Shown here: positions 9,001 through 18,638 of the stretch, in pieces
Layout of the letters: every line of letters begins with the position of its first letter
Position numbering within the stretch: position 1 is the first letter of the stretch
Assembly: GCA_034530875.2 (NCBI GenBank)
Contig: JAVRCJ020000033.1
Location: 11,749 to 75,748, forward strand
DNA: 64,000 bases
Direction: 5' to 3'
Source of the DNA: Nostoc sp. DedSLP01
GTDB taxonomy: Bacteria; Cyanobacteriota; Cyanobacteriia; Cyanobacteriales; Nostocaceae
Program-made: the position numbers and the translations under genes
The notes under the pieces: generated by a model
Databases searched by the model: none
What the model was told of the DNA's origin: nothing
Seen by the model: only the letters and a program-made list of their open reading frames with translations

Positions 9001-11488
9001 CAATATTGTTGTAGCGAATACCACCGGGATTCACTGTTTGCAACAAATTACCAGACAAATCGTAAACCCGCAGTCCGGCATTTTTGACTGAGGTTAATAC
9101 TAGACTATCAGCAGAATTTGTACCATTAACATAAATGGCAGGATCGTCAGCATCGCCACGTTCATCCACTGGGAGCGTTTCATCGTCCAACAAATCGGGA
9201 CGGGTTTCGACTGTGGGTGCAGCAGTGGGAACTAAATTTGCATCCAAGGTAAGGATTTGGGTAAATTGGCTCTGGTTAAAGTTATTGTCACTTACCAACA
9301 CAATCGACTGACGGCCATCTGCAAGTTTGGGGCCAAAAGCAATACCCTCGATGTTATCTGTACCGTTAGGCAAGTTTAAGTCATTTAAATTCAACAGTAG
9401 GCGCTTTTGAGCAGGTGCAATTGCAGCTAGTTGTTCGGTACTCAAATTATTTAGAGAATCGTAGAAACTAATGTCAGTCGCACCTTGCAAGGAAACTTCG
9501 TAAATTTTGATGGTGTTGCCTAAGTCTTGTACAAAGGAACGTTCCACAGCCAGTAATGTGCCGCGATTATCTATTGCTAGTAAATCAACCAAACCATTAT
9601 CAGCTGAACCTGTGCTCGGGTTTGGTGCTTGGGGAATCGCATCGGTAATATAGAGGTATTCTTTTTCTGGTTGCCCAGTCAGGAGATTGTATTGCAAAAT
9701 CCGGGAACGGCTACCATCGGTGAGTGAAGCCTTTAAGCCATCCTGAGATAGCGCGTTTTCTGTGGCAGTGAAGAGAGTTTTTTGGTCGGGTGTGATGGTG
9801 AGGCTTTCAAATGCCAAATTATTGTAAACGCCGGATATTTGCGCGTCACCTGCATCTACAATACCGTTGTTGTTGGTATCTTGGACTACTGGCAGGAATT
9901 TTTTAGGGATAGGTAGGGAGCGTAACTCTTGACCTGTAGTCAGCGAAAACTCTTTAATAAAGGGATTGGTAACCCGACTTGCACCCAAATCCGGCCTAAC
10001 TTCGCCTTCAGAAGAGATAAAAACAGTTCCATTGTTAGTTAAAGCAATACCTTCTGGGTCAAGGCTAAAAGCTGTAAAAAAGTTGCCAGTACTATCTTTG
10101 AGAGGTGTGACATTGGTAAAAGTCACCTCACTACCAGTAGTAAAAGTATAGAATCGAGCCAAACCGTTAGTATCAGACCGAGCATCAGAGATAGCGTAGT
10201 AGCGGTTGTTAGCAGCATCGTAGGTAACGCCAGATAGTCCTCCCACTGGAGTCAGCGTACCATTTACAGTTCCCGCTGCACCGATAGGAATAAAGCCAGT
10301 TACGAAAGTGCTTTGCCCTACAAATTCCGCACGAGAAATAGTTTTACCAGGCTCATTTGCCCCGGTTTGTAAATCTGCGAACACCAAGCGATGGTCGGAA
10401 CCGGAAACCAAAGGAAATGTCGGATCAGTATTCAGCGGCCAAAATACCCCTGAATTGGCAATTGTCAAGTTGACCGAGGGTAGCACGTAATCAGACCGCA
10501 GATTTCCAGGAGCATTATCGCTAAAATCTCCGGTATCAAAAGCCGGATTGCCCTTGTGGTTAGCATTTGCGCCACCTTGCAAAGCTGTTTGCTGGGAACC
10601 ACCAAGACTGCTAGGGATGACATTAGTATTAATACCAGGATTTTGCAGTAATTGGCGAATAGCATAGTCAACACTATCACCATCGAATGGGTCAGCATTT
10701 TGGTCGCCCACAATTACAAAACTTGACCCAGCAGCAATACCGCCTTTTTTACCTGCATCATCATAAATGTAATCGCCTTTACCAGGGGTAATATAGTCTG
10801 CCCAAAAGCGGATTTCGTCATGATTGCGCTTGCCGTTGCGGTCTTCTGCCCCGTCAAATACAGGTGGTGTGGGGTGGCTAGCGAGGACATGAATTGTCTT
10901 GCCGTCTACTTTGATGGGAATATCCCAGTGACTTTTTGAAGAAAGACGCAGAACTGCCAGTTCCTCTGGAGAATACCAATCATTTGCCTGTGGAGTTGCA
11001 GGATCGTCAGGCAGCAAAGCATCGGGCATATCCTTCCAGAGGAAATTTTGAAAAGTGCGGATGTTAGCAGTATTAATGGGATATTTAGACAACAGCAACA
11101 TCCCGTATTGTCCGGGAAAATTGCCGAATCCCAAAGCATCATCGCCGTATCCCGCTTCGCCTTGCTTTGTAACAGCTGTGCCGTTATTGTTCAAGTCAAA
11201 TCCAGAAGGAATACCCGTATTGGAAGGAGCGATGTAAAAATAGGGGTAGTCAACAGGATTTGCACCATTTTGACTTACGGTCAAGTAATTTTGCTTAAAT
11301 AATTGAACTGCTTCCGGCGAGTAATCAAACTCATTAATCAGCAGCACATCCGGATTATTACGCTGAATAATTTCTGCAATTATCTTCGCCTGAGCATTAT
11401 CAGGAGTAGAAAGATCCTTTACTAACTCACCTGAACTATTACGATTCAAAGAAGCGTTGAACTGAGAAAAGCGAATTGTATTTGCCAT
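6080..11488 (-). CDS. Giant multidomain phytase: EEP nuclease/phosphatase + phytase-like esterase + beta-propeller phytase + second phytase-like esterase + RTX Ca-binding tail
   Basis: EEP motifs (FNASLNR, LLINEFD, SHPTPP, GDQNAD, SDHRLV). Phytase-like motifs (GGLSG, LDPEGI, AFESL, DNIEG, SDNNF). BPP motifs (DADDPAIY, EGMVVD, DVEGLTIY, SQGDNTF, FVTQDG). GGxGxD repeats at the C-terminus. Confidence 0.9.
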   Translation of the reverse strand: MANTIRFSQFNASLNRNSSGELVKDLSTPDNAQAKIIAEIIQRNNPDVLLINEFDYSPEAVQLFKQNYLTVSQNGANPVDYPYFYIAPSNTGIPSGFDLNNNGTAVTKQGEAGYGDDALGFGNFPGQYGMLLLSKYPINTANIRTFQNFLWKDMPDALLPDDPATPQANDWYSPEELAVLRLSSKSHWDIPIKVDGKTIHVLASHPTPPVFDGAEDRNGKRNHDEIRFWADYITPGKGDYIYDDAGKKGGIAAGSSFVIVGDQNADPFDGDSVDYAIRQLLQNPGINTNVIPSSLGGSQQTALQGGANANHKGNPAFDTGDFSDNAPGNLRSDYVLPSVNLTIANSGVFWPLNTDPTFPLVSGSDHRLVFADLQTGANEPGKTISRAEFVGQSTFVTGFIPIGAAGTVNGTLTPVGGLSGVTYDAANNRYYAISDARSDTNGLARFYTFTTGSEVTFTNVTPLKDSTGNFFTAFSLDPEGIALTNNGTVFISSEGEVRPDLGASRVTNPFIKEFSLTTGQELRSLPIPKKFLPVVQDTNNNGIVDAGDAQISGVYNNLAFESLTITPDQKTLFTATENALSQDGLKASLTDGSRSRILQYNLLTGQPEKEYLYITDAIPQAPNPSTGSADNGLVDLLAIDNRGTLLAVERSFVQDLGNTIKIYEVSLQGATDISFYDSLNNLSTEQLAAIAPAQKRLLLNLNDLNLPNGTDNIEGIAFGPKLADGRQSIVLVSDNNFNQSQFTQILTLDANLVPTAAPTVETRPDLLDDETLPVDERGDADDPAIYVNGTNSADSLVLTSVKNAGLRVYDLSGNLLQTVNPGGIRYNNIDLQYGFKLGNQSIDIAVASDRQNDKLAIFKINPNPTTPGQYLEDITDSSIGTLFQGLPFAAPYSSSSRSAYGLALYRSPITNDYYVFVNRRETGDVAQYKLVDKGNGKIGIERVREFTVPTVEEREPQTEGMVVDQQTGFLYIGQEDVGIWKFQAEPNGDTTGKLIDKVRDLGGSHLTNDVEGLTIYYGKNGTGYLLASSQGDNTFVAYTREGNNEYIGNFAVGNNGTIDSVQESDGADVINVPLGPNFPFGLFVTQDGSNEPGKIVNDEGEQENISSNFKLVPWENIANAFGNPLKIDTTSYNPRNPVAQPKLTIYDFANLPKLGTTSQNQDIFLGGFSGLYFQGIAANGNLKFITHTDRGPNGEANGSNRPFFLPDFQPEIVSFELNRTTGEIIITKRTKLLCQDGTTPLTGLPNLQGVGNGLAYTDEIAVDLNNNVLANDPLGADLEGIVIAKNGDYWMVDEYRPAIYHFDSNGKLIERFIPQGTATAPNPDQPAGTFGIEVLPAVYAQRRNNRGFEAVALEGNKLYAFIQSPIDNPDVANDATSKASLNLRILEFNIFTKQVTGEYLYRLEGLPGTDKIGDAVSLGNGKFAVVERDDNGTSVGNKLIYQIDLAGATNINNPAKFTLPTGKTIEQLTAEELAAANITPVTKSLIANAAQLGYIGVEKLEGLALVAPNTLALINDNDFNVTGNTPAERLGILELPKNLTNIKPNLPDKFGSNNSDNVTLEAGEKFFARDGADFVEGTEGNTIKAGNGDDTVLVGSNSSVSGGEGNDKIFIGQNSPAEYTIADGGNGDDVITVVEASGVNKLFGGAGDDTLKVIEASSQLLFGGDGNDRLTSNGSNNRLSGGSGDDILFSNVNEWLFGGNGDDALFAGQQGGNRLNGGSGIDQFWIANASLPISKNIISDFTIGIDKIGLGGIEVTQFSGLTLLQQGNNTLVKAGNAELVLLVGINSNSLTANDFVFSDSVV

Positions 11489-11495
11489 AAGAAAA

Positions 11496-11632
11496 TGGGG
11501 AGTAGGGAATAGGGAATTGGGAATGGGGTATGGTAAGAGGCAGAGGGGCAGGGGGAAGGGGGCAAGGAGGAGAATGATACCTCTTTCTCCTCTGCTCCCT
11601 GCCTCCTTTGCGCCTCTGCGTCTCTGCGTGAG
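11496..11632. repeat. STRR heptamers plus CTCTGCGT-type repeat between the two giant genes
   Basis: GGGAGTA/GGGAATA/GGGAATT tandem units; GCGCCTCTGCGTCTCTGCGTGAG. Confidence 0.7.
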
Positions 11633-11635
11633 CCA

Positions 11636-14600
11636 TTAAACAAAAACAAAACGAGTATCTGTTGCCAAATTTGTATTGCTGCTTAACCCGTCTTCCACAA
11701 CAGCAATTAATTCCGCACCATTCTTAGTGAAAATACCCACAGCAGATTTATCTTTAGACACAGCTGATGCCGACCCTAATGAATAATTGGCAGCAACTCC
11801 TTTAAGTTGAATGCGATCGCCTGCTTGCAAGTTGGCAATCTCCGCGTAGTCCCTGTTACCAGAAGTGCTATAGAAAACAGAAGTTCCATCGCCCAAAACG
11901 TAGGTATCTGCATCCTGGTTACCGTTGAGAAGGTCGATTTCGTTTGTACCGCCTCCCCAACCAATCAGGCGGTCATTGCCATTCTGGCCAGAAAGTTTGT
12001 CGCTACCAAGTCCACCTAAGATTGTGTCACTGCCATTGCCGCCAGTGAGTATGTCAGCGCCTCCTTTGCCATCCAGGTAATCATTGCCTCCTGCACCATT
12101 GATTGACTCGCTGGCATTAGTGCCGATAACGCGATCGTTCCCACCTTGAGCGTTGATTTTGTTCGCACCATTGAGGCGATCGACAAAGATAATGTCGTTG
12201 CCAGGTGTCTCTTTGTTATTAGCAACAGTCAGTTCAAAAGTATCGCTGGCTGTCAGACCTTTGGCATCAGCAGCAGTGACCGTGACGGCAAAAATACCAG
12301 TTGTGGGAACAGTACCAGATATCACACCAGTGTTGGCAATAATACTCGCTCCATTCGGCAAACCAGTAGCGCTGTAAGTGAGGGTGTCACCTGGATCGAT
12401 GTCAGTAAATTTGTTACTGACATTGAAAGAGAAAGCTTTGTTAGTGGAGATAATTTGGTCGTCAATGGGTTGTACTACCTGGGGAGCATCGTTTCCAGAT
12501 ATATTAAACCTAGCCACGCTGGGGTCATGGTCGCTATCCTGGTCGAAAAACTCTGAGTTGACGTGAACTACATCATACCCATCTAGGTTTTTGAGTAAGT
12601 TCTGACTGACTAAAATGTGGTCGAGAGTTTGGGCGTTACCTTCAAAATTGTAGGTGTAGCGCTGATTTTGAGGCAGAGTTTCAATTAGAGAAGTCAGTCC
12701 AGCACTTTCTAAGGTAGTGACAGGTCTAGAAAACTCAAAATCATTCAAGTCACCCGCTACAACTACATTGGCATTGGGAGCGATCGCTAAAATATTCTCG
12801 ACAAAGTTTTTCACCAGCGTAGCTTGTTGTTGGCGCTGGGTTTCGCTACTCAGGGTTGGCGGTTGATTGGGGCCGTATAATGGTTGGTCGCCACCTTTAG
12901 AATTAAAGTGGTTGCCAATTACATACACAGTTTCACCGTTAAAAGTAAATTCACCAACTAAAGGTTTACGACTGGCATTAAAAGCTGAGTTGGTGGGGTC
13001 AATCAAACCAGGACTGTTAGAAATTACGGGAACGCCAGAGTTATTGGTAACTGTAGTGTTGGAGGTAGAAGTACCACCGGGACGATCTACAAAGCTGACA
13101 CGATTGGGATTAAATAAGAAGCCGACGCGGATATTTCCACCAGGTTCGCCACCATTGGTATCGTCTACTGGGTTGATTTGGCGATATTGATATGTGGGGC
13201 CACCAGCAGCGACAATTGCATTAATTAATGTTTGGAATGTAGTGCTGGCATCTACTACGCTATCGTTCGTCGGCCCGTTATTGTCTTGAATTTCTTCTAG
13301 AGAAATAATATCCGGTGATTTCAAATTATTGACAATGCGACTAGCCAGGTTGTTAAACTTAGTTGCACCATCCCCTGGGTCAAGGTTTTCGACATTGAAG
13401 GTAGCAATTGTCAGTTGGTCGGTGGTGGGAGTTAAATTAGTGACTTCCTTAGTCAACGTGCTATTGGAATTAACAGTCACCGAGGTTGGTAGAACTTCGT
13501 AGTTGCTGAAGTTATAATCAACCACACCCGTAATTGTGTTCAAAGTAGCACCAACATTAACTTGCGGCGAGCTACCAGAAGTAAACAGCGTATCATCTAT
13601 TTGAATGCGCTCTGGATTAAAATCGTTGGGACTAACAGCTATACCACCGCGTGCTGTACGTCCCGTGGCATTAGCACCATTGTCTGCCAGTACCCAAATC
13701 TCCCCAAATGAATTTGTCGGGCTAACTGCGACAGGATTATTTACCTGTACCAGCATTCCTTCCAAGCTTTCGTAGAAATCAATGCCATCTTGGGCAGGGT
13801 CGAAGTTAGTCGTTCCAGTTTCGATATTACCGCTAGTGTCGTTATCGATTACCGTCGTTGGAATAGTTCTGCCGCCATTACCAAGGATGGTGGCAGCTGG
13901 TAAAGTATTGCCACTGGAGAGTTTGACAATCGTGGGGCTAACAATTTGTGTGGTTGTTAAGTTATTAGCATTACCGCCTGGACGAAACTCGCTGACTGTT
14001 CCAGAGGCTAATATGGAATCTCCGACAGCTACCGTTGGTGCTGATGAAGTGAAGACAAAAATGGCTTCGGAGGTGCGATCGTCATTATCCGGGTTGGGGT
14101 CTTGTAAATAAAAGCCATTAGATTTGACAACTGTGACAATTCCTGATATGTCATCTACTCTTTGCCCGTTTAAGGGAGAGATGTGAGATGCGCCCTGGAT
14201 GTCGTGAATGCGAGGAGTAAGGACTACAGCGCCGAGTGTAATGCTATCGGTGCGGAATTTTTTGAAATTGTTCTGTGATAAGTCTTTGGCTGCCGTACCG
14301 TTATTGTAGAGAACGTTGTCGCCATCATCGCTGACAAATTGTATTTGAGAGGTATCTGTTAAGTTCTCAGGGATGGTAATAATTCCTTCCGGGTTGAAGC
14401 CGGCAGGGAATCTAGCGGCACGCAATTGTGGTTGGCTGTTGGGATTGCCATCCCAAGTATAAAGGCGGAAGTCGTTGGGGGCTGCTCCTGCATCTCCTGC
14501 TGGCCCGGCAATAATTACATACTGGTTATTGGCATTCTTGCGAATTTCCCGAATACCGCGATCGCCTAAATCCAATTCTATGGGAGCGCCAAACTGTGCC

Positions 14601-16603
14601 GAGCCTTGGGTACCACCATTAGCTGATATCAGGCTAGCAAAGTTGGTAACTTGAACGATGAGTGCGTTGGAACGTCCAGAGGGTGGGATTTGAGGAGCGC
14701 GAAATGCGATATAAGCTGTGGTGTTGTTGGGGGCAATTTGTAAGCCTTCAATATTGTAGCCATTCGATTGCTTTGACCCGACATTAGTTGCAGCGCTGGC
14801 AGCTAAACCGTAGTAATTGGCTCCCTTGCCGTGACCGTTGGTGACATCCCAGTTGATGATATCTTCTTTTAAAAAGTCGTAGCGACCAGCATAGCTGAGT
14901 GTTGTGGATGCTCCTGCACCAGAAACATCTGTGGCAAAAACCCGATCGCGATTAGGACGATTGTTGCCTTCATCATTATTACTTTGCGACCCTAACCAAA
15001 AAATGCGATCGCCCACTCTGGTTGAAGCTTCGATATCCACTTCTCGAAATACACCAGAACTATTAGTCTGTGTGAGTCCTAGAGAACTTGTAAAGTCAAA
15101 ACCAGTTATAGGCAGCCCCGATTTACTAAAGTCATAAAGGCGCAAAACTTGATTTTCGTCATCGGCTTCCAAGAAGAATGTACCGCCCACAGAAGTAGCT
15201 GTAGAAGCATCGCTGGCACCAGTTAAAAATTCAGTTGTGGCAGTACCATTATTCGCTGATGCTGCATAAGCGATCGCATAATTAGCAGTACTAGTACCAT
15301 CGCTGACGCTGACTGTAATATTAGCAGTACCAACACCTACGGGATTAATTTTCAGATTGCGGCTGGCTCCGGTACCAGTTAGCGTTAGGTTGCCGTTAGG
15401 AACCACCGCTGCATTACTGCTAGTGACTGTCACAGTCAAATTTTCTACAGGCGTATCGGCATCAGCAATGGTAAAGTTTACACCCAGCGTTTTTGCTGGG
15501 TCGTTGGCGTTACCAATGACGCCACTAATTGCCCCTGTCCCTGTGGTAGGCAAAGCACCGTTAGCATCTAACAGATCTGTGGTGCTGGCTGTGTCTAGTT
15601 GAATAGTAGGTGCTTGTCCCACTACTCCATCATTATCGGTAATGGTGATGTTTTGAGTAGTAGTGGCGCCTAGTGTAATACCAGTGCTAGGGTTGCTGAT
15701 GGTTAAGGTAGCGGTTTCTGTGCCTTCAACCAAAGCATCATCAACAACGGTAAAGGTGATAGAACCTGTGGTTGAACCACTAGGAATGGTAATTATGGTG
15801 TTGCTCAGGTTATAGTCGCCTGCGGTGATGTTAGTTCCGATTACAGCCAAGTTAACTGTTTGATTGCCGGAAACTGCACTAGAAGCCGTTAAAGTAACGG
15901 TAATCGCTGTTGTACCTGCTTCTGAGCCAGTATTGGTGCTGACAGACAAGTTGACTGTTGGCGTTGCTGCACCGACGGTAAATGCTGTCGAACTAAAAGG
16001 CACATCAGGAGCCGTACCATCAATACTTTGATCGCCAGTACCGTCCTGTGTCTGCCAGTTAGCGGCATTGTTAATTAGTGGGAGATATGAAGGAAAGTCT
16101 GGTTGTCCGCTGCGAGAACCATTGTATGCAGCAATATCTACATCATCATCAACATTTGAGAAATCAATGGCATTAGTGCCTGCTGTCAGTCCTGTGCCAG
16201 TCAACAAACCATTTGTACTATTGAAACCACCACTAGCGATCGCTGTGATAAAAGTAGGAGAAGTTGCGCTTCCTTGATAGGCGTAGATAGTCTCGTCATT
16301 CGCACCAATACCCCTGTTTCCACCTCGTCCGCTAACCCCAGTCGCAGCGGTTCCCGTACTTGCAGTTATAGTTCCACTACCGATGTTGTCGATGGTGACA
16401 ATTGTACCTGCGGTTACTAAAGAAGTAGCTGTCCAACTAAATGCACCTTCGTTGGTATCAACCCAGCCAGTACCATTCCACTCATTGTCTTCAAAAATAA
16501 TTACTTCACCAGGGTTAATGTCAACGAGCGTCACAAAAGCGATGTTGTCATTTCCATCTGCATTAAAGCCTACAAATGCGATATTTCCAGCTGCAAGTGG
16601 CAT
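11636..16603 (-). CDS. Giant extracellular ExeM/NucH-like nuclease: N-terminal beta domain, Calx-beta, cadherin-like, DUF3616-like propeller, OB-fold + EEP nuclease, Ig-like and RTX tail
   Basis: IHDIQG..HISP, GFYLQD, ESLEGMLV, NPERIQID, TFNVENL, LEEIQD, NHFNSKGG, AGDLND, LDHILVS, SDHDP; Calx-beta VDDALVEGTET; GGxGxD repeats. Confidence 0.88.
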   Translation of the reverse strand: MPLAAGNIAFVGFNADGNDNIAFVTLVDINPGEVIIFEDNEWNGTGWVDTNEGAFSWTATSLVTAGTIVTIDNIGSGTITASTGTAATGVSGRGGNRGIGANDETIYAYQGSATSPTFITAIASGGFNSTNGLLTGTGLTAGTNAIDFSNVDDDVDIAAYNGSRSGQPDFPSYLPLINNAANWQTQDGTGDQSIDGTAPDVPFSSTAFTVGAATPTVNLSVSTNTGSEAGTTAITVTLTASSAVSGNQTVNLAVIGTNITAGDYNLSNTIITIPSGSTTGSITFTVVDDALVEGTETATLTISNPSTGITLGATTTQNITITDNDGVVGQAPTIQLDTASTTDLLDANGALPTTGTGAISGVIGNANDPAKTLGVNFTIADADTPVENLTVTVTSSNAAVVPNGNLTLTGTGASRNLKINPVGVGTANITVSVSDGTSTANYAIAYAASANNGTATTEFLTGASDASTATSVGGTFFLEADDENQVLRLYDFSKSGLPITGFDFTSSLGLTQTNSSGVFREVDIEASTRVGDRIFWLGSQSNNDEGNNRPNRDRVFATDVSGAGASTTLSYAGRYDFLKEDIINWDVTNGHGKGANYYGLAASAATNVGSKQSNGYNIEGLQIAPNNTTAYIAFRAPQIPPSGRSNALIVQVTNFASLISANGGTQGSAQFGAPIELDLGDRGIREIRKNANNQYVIIAGPAGDAGAAPNDFRLYTWDGNPNSQPQLRAARFPAGFNPEGIITIPENLTDTSQIQFVSDDGDNVLYNNGTAAKDLSQNNFKKFRTDSITLGAVVLTPRIHDIQGASHISPLNGQRVDDISGIVTVVKSNGFYLQDPNPDNDDRTSEAIFVFTSSAPTVAVGDSILASGTVSEFRPGGNANNLTTTQIVSPTIVKLSSGNTLPAATILGNGGRTIPTTVIDNDTSGNIETGTTNFDPAQDGIDFYESLEGMLVQVNNPVAVSPTNSFGEIWVLADNGANATGRTARGGIAVSPNDFNPERIQIDDTLFTSGSSPQVNVGATLNTITGVVDYNFSNYEVLPTSVTVNSNSTLTKEVTNLTPTTDQLTIATFNVENLDPGDGATKFNNLASRIVNNLKSPDIISLEEIQDNNGPTNDSVVDASTTFQTLINAIVAAGGPTYQYRQINPVDDTNGGEPGGNIRVGFLFNPNRVSFVDRPGGTSTSNTTVTNNSGVPVISNSPGLIDPTNSAFNASRKPLVGEFTFNGETVYVIGNHFNSKGGDQPLYGPNQPPTLSSETQRQQQATLVKNFVENILAIAPNANVVVAGDLNDFEFSRPVTTLESAGLTSLIETLPQNQRYTYNFEGNAQTLDHILVSQNLLKNLDGYDVVHVNSEFFDQDSDHDPSVARFNISGNDAPQVVQPIDDQIISTNKAFSFNVSNKFTDIDPGDTLTYSATGLPNGASIIANTGVISGTVPTTGIFAVTVTAADAKGLTASDTFELTVANNKETPGNDIIFVDRLNGANKINAQGGNDRVIGTNASESINGAGGNDYLDGKGGADILTGGNGSDTILGGLGSDKLSGQNGNDRLIGWGGGTNEIDLLNGNQDADTYVLGDGTSVFYSTSGNRDYAEIANLQAGDRIQLKGVAANYSLGSASAVSKDKSAVGIFTKNGAELIAVVEDGLSSNTNLATDTRFVFV

Positions 16604-16987
16604 AAATTCTCCTTGAAAGTTTTTTCATGGTGATTTGTCCTGACAACACCAGAGGGTATTACAGGGTTTAATTGGCAAGCCCGATAAAAATCAAGCAAAT
16701 AATCGGAAGTTATCGCACTTTTAAATGAAGCTCAGAGTAATCGGTTGTATTCAGTGCGATGCCTTGGCAATTATCCAAAGTTGGCGAGATTGACTAGCAG
16801 TCACGTCGCTTTGCTCCGAATTCAAAATTCATGCATTAAAGACACCCATAAATAAATTTATTGGCTCTGTATCCTTTTTGTTTATCAGTCAAGTCTTCAA
16901 CAAGCAAAGGCTCTATAAAACACAGTCAAATTCATTAATTAAGTTACTAGCATTATTTATATTCAGCATTTTCAAGCTATCTGAGTA

Positions 16988-17017
16988 ATATTAAGAAACG
17001 ACTAGCAAAAGGTTAAA
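16988..17017 (-). promoter_or_regulatory. Putative Pho box (SphR/PhoB-type)
   Basis: Minus strand TTTAACCT-TTT-GCTAGTCG-TTT-CTTAATAT: 8-mers on an 11-bp period, with the outer two close to the PyTTAAPyPy(T/A) consensus. A possible -10 TAGCTT follows. It lies upstream of nuclease/phytase genes. Confidence 0.6.
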
Positions 17018-17139
17018 AAAGCAAATATTTGTCATAGTGTTGCGTTCAAATCCATATTCTTTTGTTTCGGGTTAGGCTTTCCCCAAAACAGTTATCAAAT
17101 TTCTATGTATAAAATTTTGATGTAATTATTATTACAAAC

Positions 17140-17179
17140 AAAAAAATAGCCTCTGGTTTATTTACATGGCCAGAAGCTA
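17140..17179 (-). terminator. Rho-independent terminator-like hairpin
   Basis: Minus strand TAGCTTCTGG-loop-CCAGAGGCTA followed by a T run. Confidence 0.5.
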
Positions 17180-17501
17180 GTTTCAAAGCAGTAAAATGTC
17201 CGATCGACTTTTTTACGAAGACATCAAAAGGCTGGACTAGAATATTGGCAGAGGAAAATAAAATAGTAAAAGGTTAAATTGAGCGTCTACTATTTTTCAA
17301 CATTCAGTAGACCGAAAAGTTTTGCCAATGCCAAAAAATAGTAATCGGTGATAGCGTTTTCAAGTAAATGTGTAAAAACTGAATAAAAATTGCGGTGATG
17401 AATTGATATTTCTACTCAAAAAGGTAAATTTATCTATGGCGATCGTAACTAGTATGGGTTAACCATTATCTCATTGATAACGGCAACCCATTAATTAACA
17501 C

Positions 17502-18593
17502 TTACACATTAAAGCGGAATAACATTACATCCCCTTCCTGCACAATATACTCTTTTCCTTCACTGCGAACTAATCCTTTTTCCTTCGCAGCATTCATCGA
17601 ACCAGTAGCTACCAAGTCTTTATAAGCGACAGTTTCAGCGCGGATAAATCCCCTTTCAAAATCACTGTGAATTACACCTGCGGCTTGAGGTGCAGACATT
17701 CCTGCATGAATTGTCCAAGCGCGAGTTTCTTTCGGGCCGCAAGTGAAATATGTCCGCAACCCTAAAAGAGTGTAAGTAGCACGAATTAGCGATTTCAAAC
17801 CGCCTTCTTCCACACCTAAAGACGCAAGAAAATCAGCTTTATCTTCTTCCGATAGTTCGACTAATTCAGCTTCAACTTGAGCAGAAACTATGACAACTTG
17901 AGCATTTTCTGTTGCAGCAATTTGCCGTACTTTTTCCACAAAATTATTACCAGTTGCCAAGTCATCCTCAGAGACATTGGCAGCGTAGATAATTGGTTTA
18001 TTAGTCAGCAGTCCTAATCCTTTAATTATCTCCGCTTCTTCTTCATTCAAACTTACCTGACGCACAGATTTACCTTCATTTAAAGCCGCAGCTAATTTTT
18101 CCAAAACTGTGACTTCAAACTGAGCATCTTTGCTAGTGCGAGCTTGTTTGCGAGTGCGGTCAATTCGTCGTTCAATTTGTGCTAAATCTGATAAACCGAG
18201 TTCTAAATTAATGATTTCGATATCTCGCGCTGGGTCAACAGAACCAGCAACGTGGATAATATCATCATTTTCAAAACAACGTACCACATGGACGATCGCA
18301 TCAACTTCGCGGATATGGGACAAAAATTGATTACCTAGTCCCTCACCCTGACTTGCACCTTTAACTAAACCAGCAATATCGACAAATTCAACACGCGCCG
18401 GCACAATTTGCACCGAACTGCCAATTTTCGCGAGAACATTTAATCGCTCATCCGGTACTGCGACAACGCCGACATTCGGTTCAATCGTGCAAAAAGGGAA
18501 ATTAGCTGCTTCTGCCTTAGCATTAGCAACTACAGCGTTAAATAAAGTAGATTTTCCGACGTTGGGAAGTCCGACAATTCCGGCTCTTAACAT
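17502..18593 (-). CDS. ychF: Redox-regulated ATPase YchF
   Basis: GIVGLPNVGKSTLFN, ANFPFCTIEPN, DIAGLVKGASQGEGLGNQFL, TGS domain ending FRFNV. Confidence 0.98.
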   Translation of the reverse strand: MLRAGIVGLPNVGKSTLFNAVVANAKAEAANFPFCTIEPNVGVVAVPDERLNVLAKIGSSVQIVPARVEFVDIAGLVKGASQGEGLGNQFLSHIREVDAIVHVVRCFENDDIIHVAGSVDPARDIEIINLELGLSDLAQIERRIDRTRKQARTSKDAQFEVTVLEKLAAALNEGKSVRQVSLNEEEAEIIKGLGLLTNKPIIYAANVSEDDLATGNNFVEKVRQIAATENAQVVIVSAQVEAELVELSEEDKADFLASLGVEEGGLKSLIRATYTLLGLRTYFTCGPKETRAWTIHAGMSAPQAAGVIHSDFERGFIRAETVAYKDLVATGSMNAAKEKGLVRSEGKEYIVQEGDVMLFRFNV

Positions 18594-18638
18594 TTTCGAT
18601 TTTGGATTTTGGATTTTGGATTACATTACCAAGGTAAT

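Noticed and set aside
6276..16616. Many plus-strand and alternative-frame ORFs overlapping the two giant genes
   Set aside because: They are shadow ORFs of long coding sequences with no recognisable motifs.
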